From: Candidatus Liptonbacteria bacterium
GTDB taxonomy: Bacteria > Patescibacteriota > Minisyncoccia > UBA6257 > JACOXY01
Assembly: GCA_016182095.1 (NCBI GenBank)
Contig: JACOXY010000013.1
Span: forward strand, 1 to 55,405
Length of the DNA stretch: 55,405 nt
Direction: 5' to 3'
The position numbers and the translations under genes are program-made. This document shows positions 38,554 to 48,191 of this stretch, piece after piece; the first letter of the stretch is position 1, and the number at the start of each line of letters is the position of its first letter. A model generated the notes under the pieces. That model saw only the letters and a program-made list of their open reading frames with translations. It was not told the origin of the DNA and did not search any database.

Positions 38554-40284
38554 TTATTGTCCCGCCAAAAGGGTAATGCTAAAAACCGATTCATCTTTTC
38601 TGACGTTGAGTGACCCACCCGAATCTTGGCGCGCCCAGACTTCAATATAATCATTCGCCGCAAGCCTTAATCGGGAGCACTCATGCAAAATAGTGGGCTC
38701 CTGGCCAGACGATACTGAATTTATCTGCGTCGTAGTTGCCGATCCGCCGTTAATATAAAATATAATTCGGCGCGCGTCGGTACTATTCGTGGCAAAACTA
38801 ACATTAGCGCAGACAAGATAGAGCCCCCCCGCGGGAATGGTGAAACGACTATTATTGGTAACGCTATCATGTAACCCGCCAAAGTCTTCGGTTTCGGTAT
38901 CCCAAGTAAGCGCGGTCCAGGTAGCGTTCGTTACTGATTGGTTGGAGCTTTTTTTAACTTCTGCCGTTCTTTGGGCTGCAGCGGATGTCGCCTGCCAGCT
39001 CGCGTTCCCACTCGCGTCAGAAGTTAAAACATAGCCGTTAGAAGCGCCGGTAGGAAGTTTGAACCCATTCACCGTTGCCGTTCCAAACACCTGTAACAAA
39101 GAAGACGGGGTTGTAGTTCCGATACCGACATTACCATTTTCATCAATCCTTATTCTGCTTGCCAAACCACTGCCATCTATTTTGGTGGCAAAATCAAGCG
39201 ATCCTCCCCAATTACCATTGGTAACCCCTTCAGTAAACGATCTTATGTTGGCTATTCTTACTCCATTAGTTCCCAATATGTTAGCCGCGGCGCTAAATGC
39301 AACGTCGGCCTGAATCACTCCGTCTCCTCCGGCCGCGTTTCCTGTAACTTCCAATACCACATTGCTATTGCTATTTCCGTAAACATTCAATTTCGTGTTA
39401 ATGACATTAGGATCAATATTTAAAGTTCCAATACCAACTTTTCCGGTATTATAATAAATATTATTGCCATTCGCCCCCCACTGGTCCCCCAGATTCCTCC
39501 AGGAACCGCTTGCATATTCCCTGAAAACGCTGCTTGCGGTGTTGTAATAAATTGACCCGTTTTGTCCTTCAACGGGATCCGCGGATAATTGCCCAACATT
39601 TAAAAGATTAGATATGTTGATATTTTTCCAGCGTGAAGGAGAAGAGAGACCGACGCTATAAATATTATCCTGTCCCGGGATTATGTCCGAATCAAAAACT
39701 GCCGCGGAGACGCGTGCTATAGTTGTCCCAAAAGATTTTGAAAAGGCGTACTTTGGATTATCCGAGTTAAAAGACAGCGTAAAATCAACCTGAACGGCAT
39801 TCTTGGCCAGCGAATTGTAAATGCGGCGGAAAACAAGCGAGCCCGCATCAACAGTAACATTTTCATTGGTAAGCCGGTTCGTTGTGGTGGATATAGTATA
39901 AATGCCAGAGCCAGGCGGCGGGGCCTCGACTGTTGTGCCTTCATCCATCCAAATAGCAGTGCCGGAAGCGTAAAAAGCCACATAGTCGCGGTTAGAATCT
40001 TTATGCCTAATAACAAGCACCGCAATCGGGGTATTGGTCGCTATATCTATAAGACTTGAATCTCTTACCTCTCTTTGGATCATTTGCAAAACAAACCTTC
40101 CTTGTTCGGAAACCTCCCTCGCGGAAGTGCCGCTATTTTGAATTCTTAAAATGGCAAACAGAATGCCGACAATGGAGCCGATTACAATGGCAAAAATGGC
40201 CACATATAAAATCATCTCTAGAAGGGTGGCGCCTTTTTGTTTCTGCGAAATACTTGGAATCTGATATCCGGCATCTGGCATCAT
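38554..40284 (-). CDS. Type IV pilin-like protein fused to beta-rich fibre repeats and a C1q/TNF-like C-terminal domain
   Basis: KG/ATLLEMILYVAI prepilin motif; GKVGIGT and GNVGIGTTTP repeats; RFTIPAGGLYLV; start at ATG 40284. Confidence 0.8.
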   Translation of the reverse strand: MMPDAGYQIPSISQKQKGATLLEMILYVAIFAIVIGSIVGILFAILRIQNSGTSAREVSEQGRFVLQMIQREVRDSSLIDIATNTPIAVLVIRHKDSNRDYVAFYASGTAIWMDEGTTVEAPPPGSGIYTISTTTNRLTNENVTVDAGSLVFRRIYNSLAKNAVQVDFTLSFNSDNPKYAFSKSFGTTIARVSAAVFDSDIIPGQDNIYSVGLSSPSRWKNINISNLLNVGQLSADPVEGQNGSIYYNTASSVFREYASGSWRNLGDQWGANGNNIYYNTGKVGIGTLNIDPNVINTKLNVYGNSNSNVVLEVTGNAAGGDGVIQADVAFSAAANILGTNGVRIANIRSFTEGVTNGNWGGSLDFATKIDGSGLASRIRIDENGNVGIGTTTPSSLLQVFGTATVNGFKLPTGASNGYVLTSDASGNASWQATSAAAQRTAEVKKSSNQSVTNATWTALTWDTETEDFGGLHDSVTNNSRFTIPAGGLYLVCANVSFATNSTDARRIIFYINGGSATTTQINSVSSGQEPTILHECSRLRLAANDYIEVWARQDSGGSLNVRKDESVFSITLLAGQ

Positions 40285-40404
40285 AGATTTATTATAACAC
40301 AAACTAAACAAAATCATTGCCAAATGTGGAAAAATGAGGTAAATTATGTAAAACTAATTACAGATGGTCCCATCGTCTAACGGCTAGGACATGCCCCTTT
40401 TTCA

Positions 40405-40546
40405 TCCCTCACTCAAACTGGATTAGGCGCGGCACCCATCGACACGGCGCCATCGTCTAACGGCTAGGACATCGCCCTTTCACGGCGGAAATACGGGTTC
40501 GATTCCCGTTGGCGCTACTCAATAATAATCCAGCTTGAGTGAGGGA
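40405..40546. mobile_element. TCCCTCAC-type inverted-repeat element enclosing tRNA-Glu
   Basis: tccctcactcaaactggatta / taatccagcttgagtgaggga (20/21). Confidence 0.75.
40446..40517 (+). tRNA. tRNA-Glu(UUC)
   Basis: Cloverleaf; TCGCC-CTTTCAC-GGCGG; GGTTCGATTCCCG. Confidence 0.95.
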
Positions 40547-40664
40547 CAAGCGGCAAAATAGGGCTACACAAAGTAAAGCCGGCCAAATTCATCTTGGCTA
40601 GTTTTACTTTACTTTTTATTTTATCCACAATGGCAAGACCTGCGCTGTGTTATAATGAAAGCAT

Positions 40665-41279
40665 ATGAAATACTTTTTATTGTTTGTCGTTTTCGCAGCC
40701 GCGGCTTTTGGAGGAGTCTGGGCATATAATAATTTCAGTGATGATTCTCTGGCAACCCCAGGAGCTCCAGCGCCAGGGACACCCCCCACAGCACCCACAA
40801 CGCCCACAACGCCACCGGGCGGGGGAACTCAAATTGCCGCCACGGGTTGTTACAATTATGGCACAAAACTAGACGCGCCTGTTAAGTGCCCCTATAACAC
40901 GCCCTCATGCACCTCTGCTGGTGGCTGTGTGACACAGTGCGGATCCTGCTCATATAATATCTGTGAAGCGCCAAGCGGCGGCCCGCTTAAGAAATGGTTC
41001 CCAACTCCCTGCGACACCACGCCAAGCCCATTCTTTGGACACATAAAATCAGATTCGGAATTCCAGAGTTGTCTTGCGAGCACCTTTGGACAGCCAGCCG
41101 TGGACGACTGGGTTCTTGGGAAAATTGTAGTATGGCCGGCAGACGCTCTCACCCCAAAGGATAATCTAATCACCAAGGATTTTACTACATGTTACGACGG
41201 ATACTATAAGCGATTTTGCGCGAAATTGAGCCCGCAAGTGAGGACGAGTACATATAAGAGCTTGTGCGATAAGTATTAA
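40665..41279 (+). CDS. Secreted Cys-rich protein with a Pro/Thr linker
   Basis: Signal peptide, PGTPPTAPTTPTTPP, many cysteines. Confidence 0.75.
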   Translation: MKYFLLFVVFAAAAFGGVWAYNNFSDDSLATPGAPAPGTPPTAPTTPTTPPGGGTQIAATGCYNYGTKLDAPVKCPYNTPSCTSAGGCVTQCGSCSYNICEAPSGGPLKKWFPTPCDTTPSPFFGHIKSDSEFQSCLASTFGQPAVDDWVLGKIVVWPADALTPKDNLITKDFTTCYDGYYKRFCAKLSPQVRTSTYKSLCDKY

Positions 41280-41327
41280 ACAGATAATTCATAATGAATA
41301 AAATGCTTCGTGTTGATGCGGAGTATT

Positions 41328-42200
41328 TTATTTTTGGCATTTTGGACAAAAGTGGAATGGGCGCCCGTGAAGTGTGGCGCGAACAATTTTAGTTTCGCAT
41401 CTCGGACACGGCTCCCCCTCTCTACCATAAACCAGACGCAATACATAATAATTTCCGGGCTTCCCAGTTACATCCGCATAATCGGACATTGAAGAGCCGC
41501 GTAATTTGATTGCTTTTCTCAAAATTATTTTTATTGAATCATGCAGGATCTTTATCTCATTTTTCTTTAGGCTTTTCGCGCTCCGTAACGGATGCAGGCG
41601 CGATAAAAATAAAATTTCATCGGCATAAATATTGCCGATACCCGCCAGGATTTTTTGATCTAAAAGCGCTTTTTTTATACAAATCTTTCGCCCAGCAAGA
41701 GATTTTTGAAAATCGACCAATTTTATCAGCAGAGCATCAGGGCCCACATCAAGGCCCAATATTTTGGACTTCGTAGGTCCAGCGGACTTACGAAGTCTTG
41801 GGGCAGAAGCAGCTAAAATTTTTCCGAATTTTCTGACATCCAAAAAAGCCAAAAGCTTGTTGCCCGATAAATAAAAAATAGCGTGGATATAGGGGCTGCG
41901 CTTTTTTGACATCGCAAGTCCATCGGACTTGCGATGTCTGGATATTAAAAGCAACTTTCCGGTCATTTTAAGATGAATGAGCATCAATTTACCATCCAAC
42001 AACTCAAAAATAATATTTTTCCCAATGCGCTTAACGCTTTGTATGGTTGCTCCCGACACTTGCCGCCGGAAACTTACAAATCCCCCTTTGTGACGCGAAA
42101 AATGCCGCGGCCAATCGGTCCAGATATTTATAATTTTTTTGCCGCTAACTTTTTTATTCAGTCCGCGGACTATTGTTTCAACTTCTGGTAATTCGGGCAT
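41328..42200 (-). CDS. mutM: Formamidopyrimidine-DNA glycosylase
   Basis: PELPEVE, HLKMTG, GIGNIYADE, C-terminal zinc finger. Confidence 0.96.
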   Translation of the reverse strand: MPELPEVETIVRGLNKKVSGKKIINIWTDWPRHFSRHKGGFVSFRRQVSGATIQSVKRIGKNIIFELLDGKLMLIHLKMTGKLLLISRHRKSDGLAMSKKRSPYIHAIFYLSGNKLLAFLDVRKFGKILAASAPRLRKSAGPTKSKILGLDVGPDALLIKLVDFQKSLAGRKICIKKALLDQKILAGIGNIYADEILFLSRLHPLRSAKSLKKNEIKILHDSIKIILRKAIKLRGSSMSDYADVTGKPGNYYVLRLVYGREGEPCPRCETKIVRATLHGRPFHFCPKCQK

Positions 42201-42292
42201 GCCAATATTGTATAAATTTTTGAGCGCATTACAAGCACAAATGACCTTTGCTCCAATAAAGTCAGTGGTTCCTAAAAAATTAAAAAGACGGC

Positions 42293-43123
42293 TTAACAGG
42301 CCGTCTTTTGCAATTTCATGAAAGTAGCCGCCGCATTATGGAAAAAGGCGAGCGCTTTCTTGGGACTATACGTGTCATTACCATACCCGACACCCAATTT
42401 GTTTCGGAGTCCCGATTCGGCATCAATAGAAAAATCATTACTGCCAAGCCACCCGGAAATTTCTTCCACCAAACGCGCCACATTGAATTGGTTGAACCCG
42501 CCGGCAAAGCCAATGGCTAAATCATTGTGTTCTTGAATTCTCTCCGCCAAGCTCACGCACGAAGCAGGAACAAGCTCTTCACCGCGCCCGCCGGACGGAT
42601 CAATAAGCACATAATCAATGCAATTGTTGTAGCTCTTAAGGCCAAAGACAATAGCCCCATGGCTCATAGTTTCAAGAGCCGTCCGGTGAAGCTGCATTAT
42701 GATTTGAAGCTCCGGGTATCGGATCCTGATTTTCTCCATCATCCCATAGTGAAGATTGCCAAACTGCATATTTAACTGCAGCCCACGACAGATATTATCC
42801 GCGTACATGTTTTCCATATCAAAAATCTTGCACACAGAATCATACAATGCGGGATATTCTCGGGTAGTGAAGTGAACAGCGGTGAAAATATCGTCTCTGG
42901 TAGCCAGTGCCGCCCGAAAAATTTCGGGAATGTCCGTCACAACCGGGTTCCGCTTGCTTTCGGTTTTTTCTCCGCGTAGGGTACGCGTAGTAACCTGCAC
43001 GCCCACCTGTCCGCGATGCGATATCGGAAAGTTATTCAAAACATAGTGAATGCTCGCCGAAGCGGAGATCGCCTCTTCTATATTTTTCACGCCAACAATG
43101 CCGATATATGGGATCTTGCTCAT
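42293..43123 (-). CDS. TrpF/PRAI-like TIM-barrel hypothetical protein
   Basis: IGIVG, LQLN, LIDPSGGRG, GFAGG, SIDAESGLR. Confidence 0.65.
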   Translation of the reverse strand: MSKIPYIGIVGVKNIEEAISASASIHYVLNNFPISHRGQVGVQVTTRTLRGEKTESKRNPVVTDIPEIFRAALATRDDIFTAVHFTTREYPALYDSVCKIFDMENMYADNICRGLQLNMQFGNLHYGMMEKIRIRYPELQIIMQLHRTALETMSHGAIVFGLKSYNNCIDYVLIDPSGGRGEELVPASCVSLAERIQEHNDLAIGFAGGFNQFNVARLVEEISGWLGSNDFSIDAESGLRNKLGVGYGNDTYSPKKALAFFHNAAATFMKLQKTAC

Positions 43124-43235
43124 TGCCGCCCACTTTTTCTCAAAGAAAATTACTGAAACCATTCTAAAATAACTTTTTTTCTTTGTCAATTATTTTTGAT
43201 TGAAAAAAGCCGCAAAATCATTTAGTATTTGCCTT

Positions 43236-44465
43236 ATGAAGATACTCGCTATTGAAACCAGCTGTGACGAAACCGCCATTGCCATCATTGATTACAACGA
43301 GAGAAAGCGCGGGGTGCGCATTCTCGCCAACATCATTTCCTCGCAAATAAAACTTCACGCTAAGTTCGGAGGTGTTGTTCCTAACTTGGCACGGCGGGAG
43401 CACGAGCGCAATTTACCCATTGTTTTAATACAAGCGCTAAAACAAAGTAAATTGCTAAATTCAAAAATGAAAAATCAAAAATCAAAAATACAACTTAAAA
43501 CTAAAAACTTAGGAAAAATTCTTGAGCGGGAATCGGAACTTTTAGAACTGGTTGTAAAAAAAATTCTTCCCATTGGTGCACCTAAAATTGATGCCGTAGC
43601 AGTAACGCACGGTCCCGGACTTGCTCCCGCTCTTTGGGTTGGAATAAATTTCGCGCGCGCACTTTCATATATATGGGAAAGGCCCTTGATTCCCATAAAC
43701 CATATGGAGGGCCATATTTTTTCAGCTATGCTGAAAAAATATGGAAACTCTAAACAATCACAAAGCTCAAAAATCAAAATTCAAAAAAACCATACCCCTG
43801 CCTGCGCAGGCAGGCTATACCCCATACCCTATCCTGCTTTGGCCCTGCTCGTTTCCGGCGGACACACAGAACTAGTGCTTATTAAAAAATTGGGAAAATA
43901 TAAAATCGTGGGGGAAACGGTGGATGATGCGGTAGGAGAGTGTTTTGATAAGGTGGCACGAATTTTAGATCTCCCCTACCCCGGAGGACCGGAGATCTCC
44001 CGCCTCGCAGACACATTCAACATTAAACATTCCGCATTGGATATTAAATTGCCCCGCCCCATGATCCACTCTAAAGATTTTAATTTCAGTTTTTCGGGGC
44101 TGAAGACTGCCGTTTTATATCTTACAAAAGATCTAAAAGATAGTTATCTCCTCCCCGAAGTAAAAGCGGCGATTGCAAAAGAATTTCAGGATGCGGCAGT
44201 AGAAGTCCTTGTTAAAAAGACGATGGCCGCCGCAAAAAAATATAAAGCAAAAACAATTATTTTAGGCGGCGGTGTTGCGGCCAATTCTTTGCTCCGCAAA
44301 GAATTGAGTGTCAGGTGTCAAGTGTCACGTGTCAAGTGTTTATTGCCGTCACCGGCAATAACTGGAGACAACGCCCTCATGATCGCGCTTGCCGCCGCAA
44401 TAACAGGGAAGATTATAAAAAGGCCTCAAGCTCTGAAAGCCGAGGCGAATTTAAGATTATCTTGA
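43236..44465 (+). CDS. tsaD: tRNA N6-threonylcarbamoyltransferase
   Basis: LAIETSCDET, HMEGH, VSGGHT, DDAVGECFDK, FSFSGLKT, DNALMIA. Confidence 0.97.
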   Translation: MKILAIETSCDETAIAIIDYNERKRGVRILANIISSQIKLHAKFGGVVPNLARREHERNLPIVLIQALKQSKLLNSKMKNQKSKIQLKTKNLGKILERESELLELVVKKILPIGAPKIDAVAVTHGPGLAPALWVGINFARALSYIWERPLIPINHMEGHIFSAMLKKYGNSKQSQSSKIKIQKNHTPACAGRLYPIPYPALALLVSGGHTELVLIKKLGKYKIVGETVDDAVGECFDKVARILDLPYPGGPEISRLADTFNIKHSALDIKLPRPMIHSKDFNFSFSGLKTAVLYLTKDLKDSYLLPEVKAAIAKEFQDAAVEVLVKKTMAAAKKYKAKTIILGGGVAANSLLRKELSVRCQVSRVKCLLPSPAITGDNALMIALAAAITGKIIKRPQALKAEANLRLS

Positions 44466-44503
44466 TTCTTGTCAAGTCATAAATCCTGCGCCATAATCTA
44501 TGC

Positions 44504-46714
44504 ATGATGAAAGAATTGCCGCCACAATATAATCCCAAAGAAACAGAGGATAAGATATATGAGCTTTGGGAGAAGAGCGGGTATTTTAGTCCCGACAATC
44601 TTCCGTCTGACACTAAACCATATCCCCCAAGCCCTAAACCCTTCTGCATTATTATGCCCCCCCCAAATGCCAACGGCGCGCTCCATGTGGGACACGCGCT
44701 TTTTGTAACGCTCCAGGATATTATGATTCGCCACAAACGGATGCGGGGGTTTAAAACACTGTGGCTTCCCGGAGCAGATCACGCCGGGTTTGAAACGCAG
44801 GTTGTCTATAACAAAAAGCTTGAGCGTGAGGGACATTCGCTCTGGGGCATCCCCCACGACAAATTATACAAAGAAATCCTTGATTTTACACTCAAAAATA
44901 AATCTCGAATGGAGAGCCAGATTAGGAAGCTGGGCGCATCTTGCGATTGGTCACGCGAGAAATTTACGCTGGACGAAGATATAAAAGCAGTGGTCTATGA
45001 TACATTTGAGATGCTTTACAAAGACGGGCTTATTTATCGCGCCGAGCGCCCGGTCAATTGGTGCGTGAAACACCAAACTACGCTTTCAGATTTAGAAATT
45101 AAATACGAAGAGCGCGAAGATAAGTTATATTTTGTGAAATATGAGATACCGGAAATGCGCTCATATATTGAAGTCGCGACAACTAGACCAGAGACAATTC
45201 CTGCGGATATCGCAATTGCCGTAAATCCCAAATCAAAATGGAAAAAATTCATAGGAAAAACCGCGGTAAATCCCATGACGCAAATTGATTTGGCCATCGT
45301 GAGCGATACCAGAGTTGACTTAAGTTTCGGAACCGGCGCCCTAAAAATCACCCCGCATCACGACGCATTAGACTTTGAAATTTACGAGACACACAAAAAA
45401 GAAATCGTGAGTAAGCCGGTTTCGGTTATTAACCAATTTGGAAAACTTATGGGTGCGGGCACCTTGGGCGGCCTCAAAGTAAAAGAGGCGCGGGAAAAAG
45501 CCGCTCTAATATTAAGACCAAACTTCGCGAAGGAACCCGAGCCATATAAGCACCAGGTCTCTGTTTGCTATAAATGCGGGACAATTATTGAGCCGAGAGT
45601 TTTGGCGCAATGGTTCATCAAAATGACGGAAAAACCAAAATCCGGAGGAAAATCACTGCGCGACCTTGCTGTAGATGCGGTAAAACAGAAAAAAGTAAAA
45701 TTTGTCACCAAAAAATTTGAGAAAATATTCCTGCATTGGATGAAAAATCTGCGTGATTGGAACATCTCGCGCCAAATCGTCTGGGGAATTCCTATACCCG
45801 CATGGTTTCATGAACCAAAGTGTATTCCTCGCAAGGGCTATGAGAAAGATATCGTAAAATGCAGAGAATACATCATTTCTGGCACAAAACCAGTGTGTGA
45901 ATTTTGTGATGCCCAATTTGTGCAAGATACTGATGTTTTTGATACATGGTTTTCTTCAGGACAATGGCCATATGCTACGCTTATGACAACGAGCAATAAA
46001 AAAGATTTTGGAGCATTTTACCCGACAGATATCATGGAAACTGGCTGGGATATTTTGTTTTTCTGGGTAGCTCGAATGATTATGCTGGGACTCTACCGCA
46101 CCGGGAAAGTCCCGTTCAAAACCATATATTTGCACGGGCTTGTACGCGACAAAGACCGGCAGAAGATGTCAAAGTCAAAGGGCAACGTCATTGACCCGCT
46201 TGGGGTTTCTGAACTTTACGGCACAGATGCTCTGCGAATGGCGCTCGTAGCAGGAAATGCCGCGGGGAATGACCCGGTAATATCAGAGGAAAAAATTAAA
46301 GGATACCGCAATTTCGCGAATAAAATATGGAACGTGTCCAGATTTGTATTAATGAAAACCGGAGATGAAATTTCTAAGGGAAAAATATCCTTAACAGCAA
46401 AAGATAAAAAAGGTCTAAAAGAACTTGCAAATATTAAAAAATCAGTCACTAAAGATATAGAAGCGTATAAATTTCACCTTGCCGCCGAAAAACTATACCA
46501 CTACTTCTGGCACACCTTTGCCGATAAAATTATTGAAGAATCAAAGTCGCGCCTTGAAAAAGGCGGAAAAGAAGCTGAAAGTGCCACGTATATGCTCCGA
46601 ACTATTTTAGAGGGTTCGCTTAAAATGCTGCACCCATTCATGCCGTTCGTAACCGAAGAGATCTGGCAAAAACTTTACGGCGGCAAAAAAATGCTGATGG
46701 TGGAAAAGTGGTAA
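44504..46714 (+). CDS. valS: Valine--tRNA ligase
   Basis: PPPNANGALHVGH, WNISRQIVWG, DTWFSS, KMSKS. Confidence 0.97.
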   Translation: MMKELPPQYNPKETEDKIYELWEKSGYFSPDNLPSDTKPYPPSPKPFCIIMPPPNANGALHVGHALFVTLQDIMIRHKRMRGFKTLWLPGADHAGFETQVVYNKKLEREGHSLWGIPHDKLYKEILDFTLKNKSRMESQIRKLGASCDWSREKFTLDEDIKAVVYDTFEMLYKDGLIYRAERPVNWCVKHQTTLSDLEIKYEEREDKLYFVKYEIPEMRSYIEVATTRPETIPADIAIAVNPKSKWKKFIGKTAVNPMTQIDLAIVSDTRVDLSFGTGALKITPHHDALDFEIYETHKKEIVSKPVSVINQFGKLMGAGTLGGLKVKEAREKAALILRPNFAKEPEPYKHQVSVCYKCGTIIEPRVLAQWFIKMTEKPKSGGKSLRDLAVDAVKQKKVKFVTKKFEKIFLHWMKNLRDWNISRQIVWGIPIPAWFHEPKCIPRKGYEKDIVKCREYIISGTKPVCEFCDAQFVQDTDVFDTWFSSGQWPYATLMTTSNKKDFGAFYPTDIMETGWDILFFWVARMIMLGLYRTGKVPFKTIYLHGLVRDKDRQKMSKSKGNVIDPLGVSELYGTDALRMALVAGNAAGNDPVISEEKIKGYRNFANKIWNVSRFVLMKTGDEISKGKISLTAKDKKGLKELANIKKSVTKDIEAYKFHLAAEKLYHYFWHTFADKIIEESKSRLEKGGKEAESATYMLRTILEGSLKMLHPFMPFVTEEIWQKLYGGKKMLMVEKW

Positions 46715-46767
46715 ACAACATAAAATCTAAAATAGTATTTAGATTTTAGAGTGCTATAATGTAGTCA

Positions 46768-47499
46768 ATGACGCTAATATTATTGCTACTGGGTATTCTC
46801 CCTGGCTTTGTCTGGCTCCTCTTCTATCTTGAGGAAGACACAGACCACGAGCCAATGCGCGAAGTTTTTTTCGCCTTTCTTATCGGTTCGGCAATTACGA
46901 TCATTGTCCTTTTTACCGAACAGCTCTACGCCGCGCTTGGCAACATTATTGGGATAGCGCCTTATTCCTTTATATCTTTTCTGGGGCTCTCTTCAATAGA
47001 AGAATTTTTTAAATTCGCCGCCGCCTATCTGGTGGTAAGCAAGAGCAGGTATTTTGATATACCGGTTGACGCAATGATTTATATGGTTGTGGTGGCTCTG
47101 GGCTTTGCGACACTTGAAAACATTTTCGCGGTAAGCGGAGAGTTCAAAAACGCAGCCGCCCTAAGTTCCGCGGCCGAAACTGCCTCGCTCCGTTTTGTTG
47201 GCGCGACCCTGCTTCACACTCTTGCCTCCGCGACTGTGGGATATTACTGGGCCAAGGCGATGACCCACGGCTCTTGGGTTAAAAATTTAGTCACAGGGCT
47301 ATCTCTCGCGACCGGACTCCACACTGTCTTTAATTATCTCGTATCCGTTGAGGGCGTATCCATAATTTATCCCGTGATACTGCTCACCGTAGCAGGATTC
47401 TTTGTCCTAAACGACTTTGATAAACTAAAGCATCCTGAGAAACTGGGGGTTGCGCCATTCTTCAAAAAAAGAGTTGGCGCTCAAGCTGATATGGTATAA
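46768..47499 (+). CDS. PrsW-family intramembrane protease
   Basis: EEFFK, GFATLEN, LLH, LHTVFN. Confidence 0.9.
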   Translation: MTLILLLLGILPGFVWLLFYLEEDTDHEPMREVFFAFLIGSAITIIVLFTEQLYAALGNIIGIAPYSFISFLGLSSIEEFFKFAAAYLVVSKSRYFDIPVDAMIYMVVVALGFATLENIFAVSGEFKNAAALSSAAETASLRFVGATLLHTLASATVGYYWAKAMTHGSWVKNLVTGLSLATGLHTVFNYLVSVEGVSIIYPVILLTVAGFFVLNDFDKLKHPEKLGVAPFFKKRVGAQADMV

Positions 47500-47631
47500 T
47501 CCCTCACTCTTCACGCATCAAAATGAAGATTGTGGATATTCTCTTATTGATATGGCAAGGTTGTGTTATAATGAAAATAATTAATAATCGCTTTTTGTCG
47601 CAAAGCGACTAATGAGTGAAGAGTGAGGGAT
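47499..47631. mobile_element. TCCCTCAC-type inverted-repeat element upstream of hsp20
   Basis: atccctcactcttcac / gtgaagagtgagggat (16/16); internal TGtTATAAT. Confidence 0.7.
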
Positions 47632-48100
47632 GGACGATGATACAAAAAATTATTTAAACGAGCTGTCACAAGAAACCGGCGAAGAGAATATAGAATTAGC
47701 GAGGTCTGGCGGCGCTGTCACAAACTCCAAGAAATCAGCCGAAAAAAATCTTGCCCTCTCGAGTGAAATGGAGGGGCAATTAACAATTGATGTCTATCAG
47801 ACAAGTTCGCATATTATAGTTGAATCAACTATCGCCGGAGTTAATCCGGACGATTTGGATATTGAAATTACCCCGGAATCTGTAACTATAAGGGGGCAAA
47901 GGGAAAAAGAGGAGCGCGTTAAGGAAGACGATTACATTTATCAAGAGTGTTACTGGGGAAGATTTTCACGATCGGTTATTCTGCCGCAGGAAGTTGACCC
48001 GGATAAATCAGAGGCAACGCTCAAAAATGGCGTCTTAAAAATAAAGCTTCCAAAAATCAATCGCGAAAAAAGCAAAAAACTGAAAGTGAATTTCGTGTAA
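47630..48100 (+). CDS. Hsp20/alpha-crystallin small heat-shock protein
   Basis: IDVYQT, ECYWGRFSRSVILP, ATLKNGVLKI. Confidence 0.93.
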   Translation: MDDDTKNYLNELSQETGEENIELARSGGAVTNSKKSAEKNLALSSEMEGQLTIDVYQTSSHIIVESTIAGVNPDDLDIEITPESVTIRGQREKEERVKEDDYIYQECYWGRFSRSVILPQEVDPDKSEATLKNGVLKIKLPKINREKSKKLKVNFV

Positions 48101-48191
48101 AGACGGAACAGATGGCATTTTTGTTAGTTTGCAAAAGACTAAAAGCCGCTCTATAATAAGAGTGGTTTTTTGATATTGTGAGAGCGTTCCA

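Larger units (their letters stand above)
40366..40566 (+). pseudogene. Disrupted tRNA-Glu paralog split by an inverted-repeat element
   Basis: 5' half GGTCCCATCGTCTAACGGCTAGGACATGCCCCTTTTTCA; degenerate 3' half caagcggcaaaatagggcta lacking a T-arm. Confidence 0.6.

Noticed and set aside
40366-40566. Group I intron in tRNA-Glu
   Set aside because: The insert is only ~142 bp, has no P/Q/R/S core, and the outer 3' half lacks a T-arm so splicing would not give a canonical tRNA
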